From Dehalococcoidia bacterium (GTDB taxonomy: Bacteria; Chloroflexota; Dehalococcoidia; SpSt-223), in contig JANWZD010000001.1 of the NCBI GenBank assembly GCA_025054935.1, forward strand, positions 201,008-265,007: a stretch of 64,000 nt of DNA. The letters run 5' to 3'. Positions 63,734 to 64,000 of the stretch are shown here, piece after piece. The number at the start of each line of letters is the position of its first letter. The stretch's first letter is position 1. The position numbers and the translations under genes are program-made. Below the pieces are notes generated by a model. The model saw only the letters and a program-made list of their open reading frames with translations, had not been told where the DNA came from and searched no databases.

Positions 63734-64000
63734 TGCTCCTCCTCGTGAGTCTCCGGCGCAGTCTAGCGTGCGAGCGGGTGGAGCAGCGGGCAGAGGCGCG
63801 GCAGGCTTGGCAGAGAACGACGTCCGAGTTGACTGCTTGGCTGTTCTCCACCAAGATCTGCGCGTGCGCGTCCTCGTCGCTCTTCTTCTCGTGAGTATCG
63901 TTCTGATCCCCCTTCTGCTGCGCGAGCTGCCCGAGCGCGCGTCCGCTGCGCCCCTCCCGCCTCCTGCTCCGGCGAAAGGGATTGGCTATGGCGTAATGAC

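Noticed and set aside
1-64000. tRNA, rRNA, tmRNA, RNase P RNA, SRP RNA, CRISPR repeats, transposase/integrase genes
   Set aside because: I searched by eye for T-loop GTTCGAATC-like motifs, direct repeat arrays and IS/integrase signatures in all intergenic regions and found none. A covariance-model scan (tRNAscan/Infernal) would be needed to be definitive.

Overview
This 64 kb window is about 68% GC and densely coding, with roughly 60 protein genes. I found no rRNA, tRNA, CRISPR array, transposase or integrase. Several near-consensus promoters and intrinsic terminators can be read in the few AT-richer intergenic gaps. Gene content points to a Chloroflexi chromosome, Thermomicrobia or Sphaerobacter-like. 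The strongest hint is a membrane protein carrying the 'YTVSYYYFGY' motif that I recall as the Chloroflexi/Archaea 'YYY' (DUF2298) family; GTG/TTG starts and a probably leaderless mRNA also fit. Housekeeping genes present: topA, pepP-efp-(BCCP-like)-xseA-xseB, sdhCAB, ftsY, mgtE, typA/bipA, an EF-G paralogue, rpiB, yebC, htrA, rsmD-coaD, yceD-rpmF-rsmG. The most unusual part is a roughly 12.5 kb single-strand operon at 37.7-50.2 kb. It encodes three GT-C/GT39-like polytopic membrane glycosyltransferase homologues and the YYY-motif membrane protein. Two of the GT-C proteins carry C-terminal NHL beta-propellers and one also has tandem PA14 domains. They sit directly downstream of ftsY and a 3D-domain protein. 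I read this as a candidate, uncharacterised extracytoplasmic glycosylation or glycan-assembly system. Other non-standard observations: an orphan Dam methylase translationally coupled to an unknown small protein behind an EF-G paralogue; a GlnE/GlnD-type nucleotidyltransferase with two N-terminal ACT domains; a BCCP-like protein lacking the biotinyl-lysine; a perfect CRP-type palindrome and a textbook intrinsic terminator in the typA leader; an ASCH-crcB gene overlap; and a 750 nt non-coding region upstream of sdhC. Long antisense ORFs in the ORF track are GC-rich shadow frames and were rejected.
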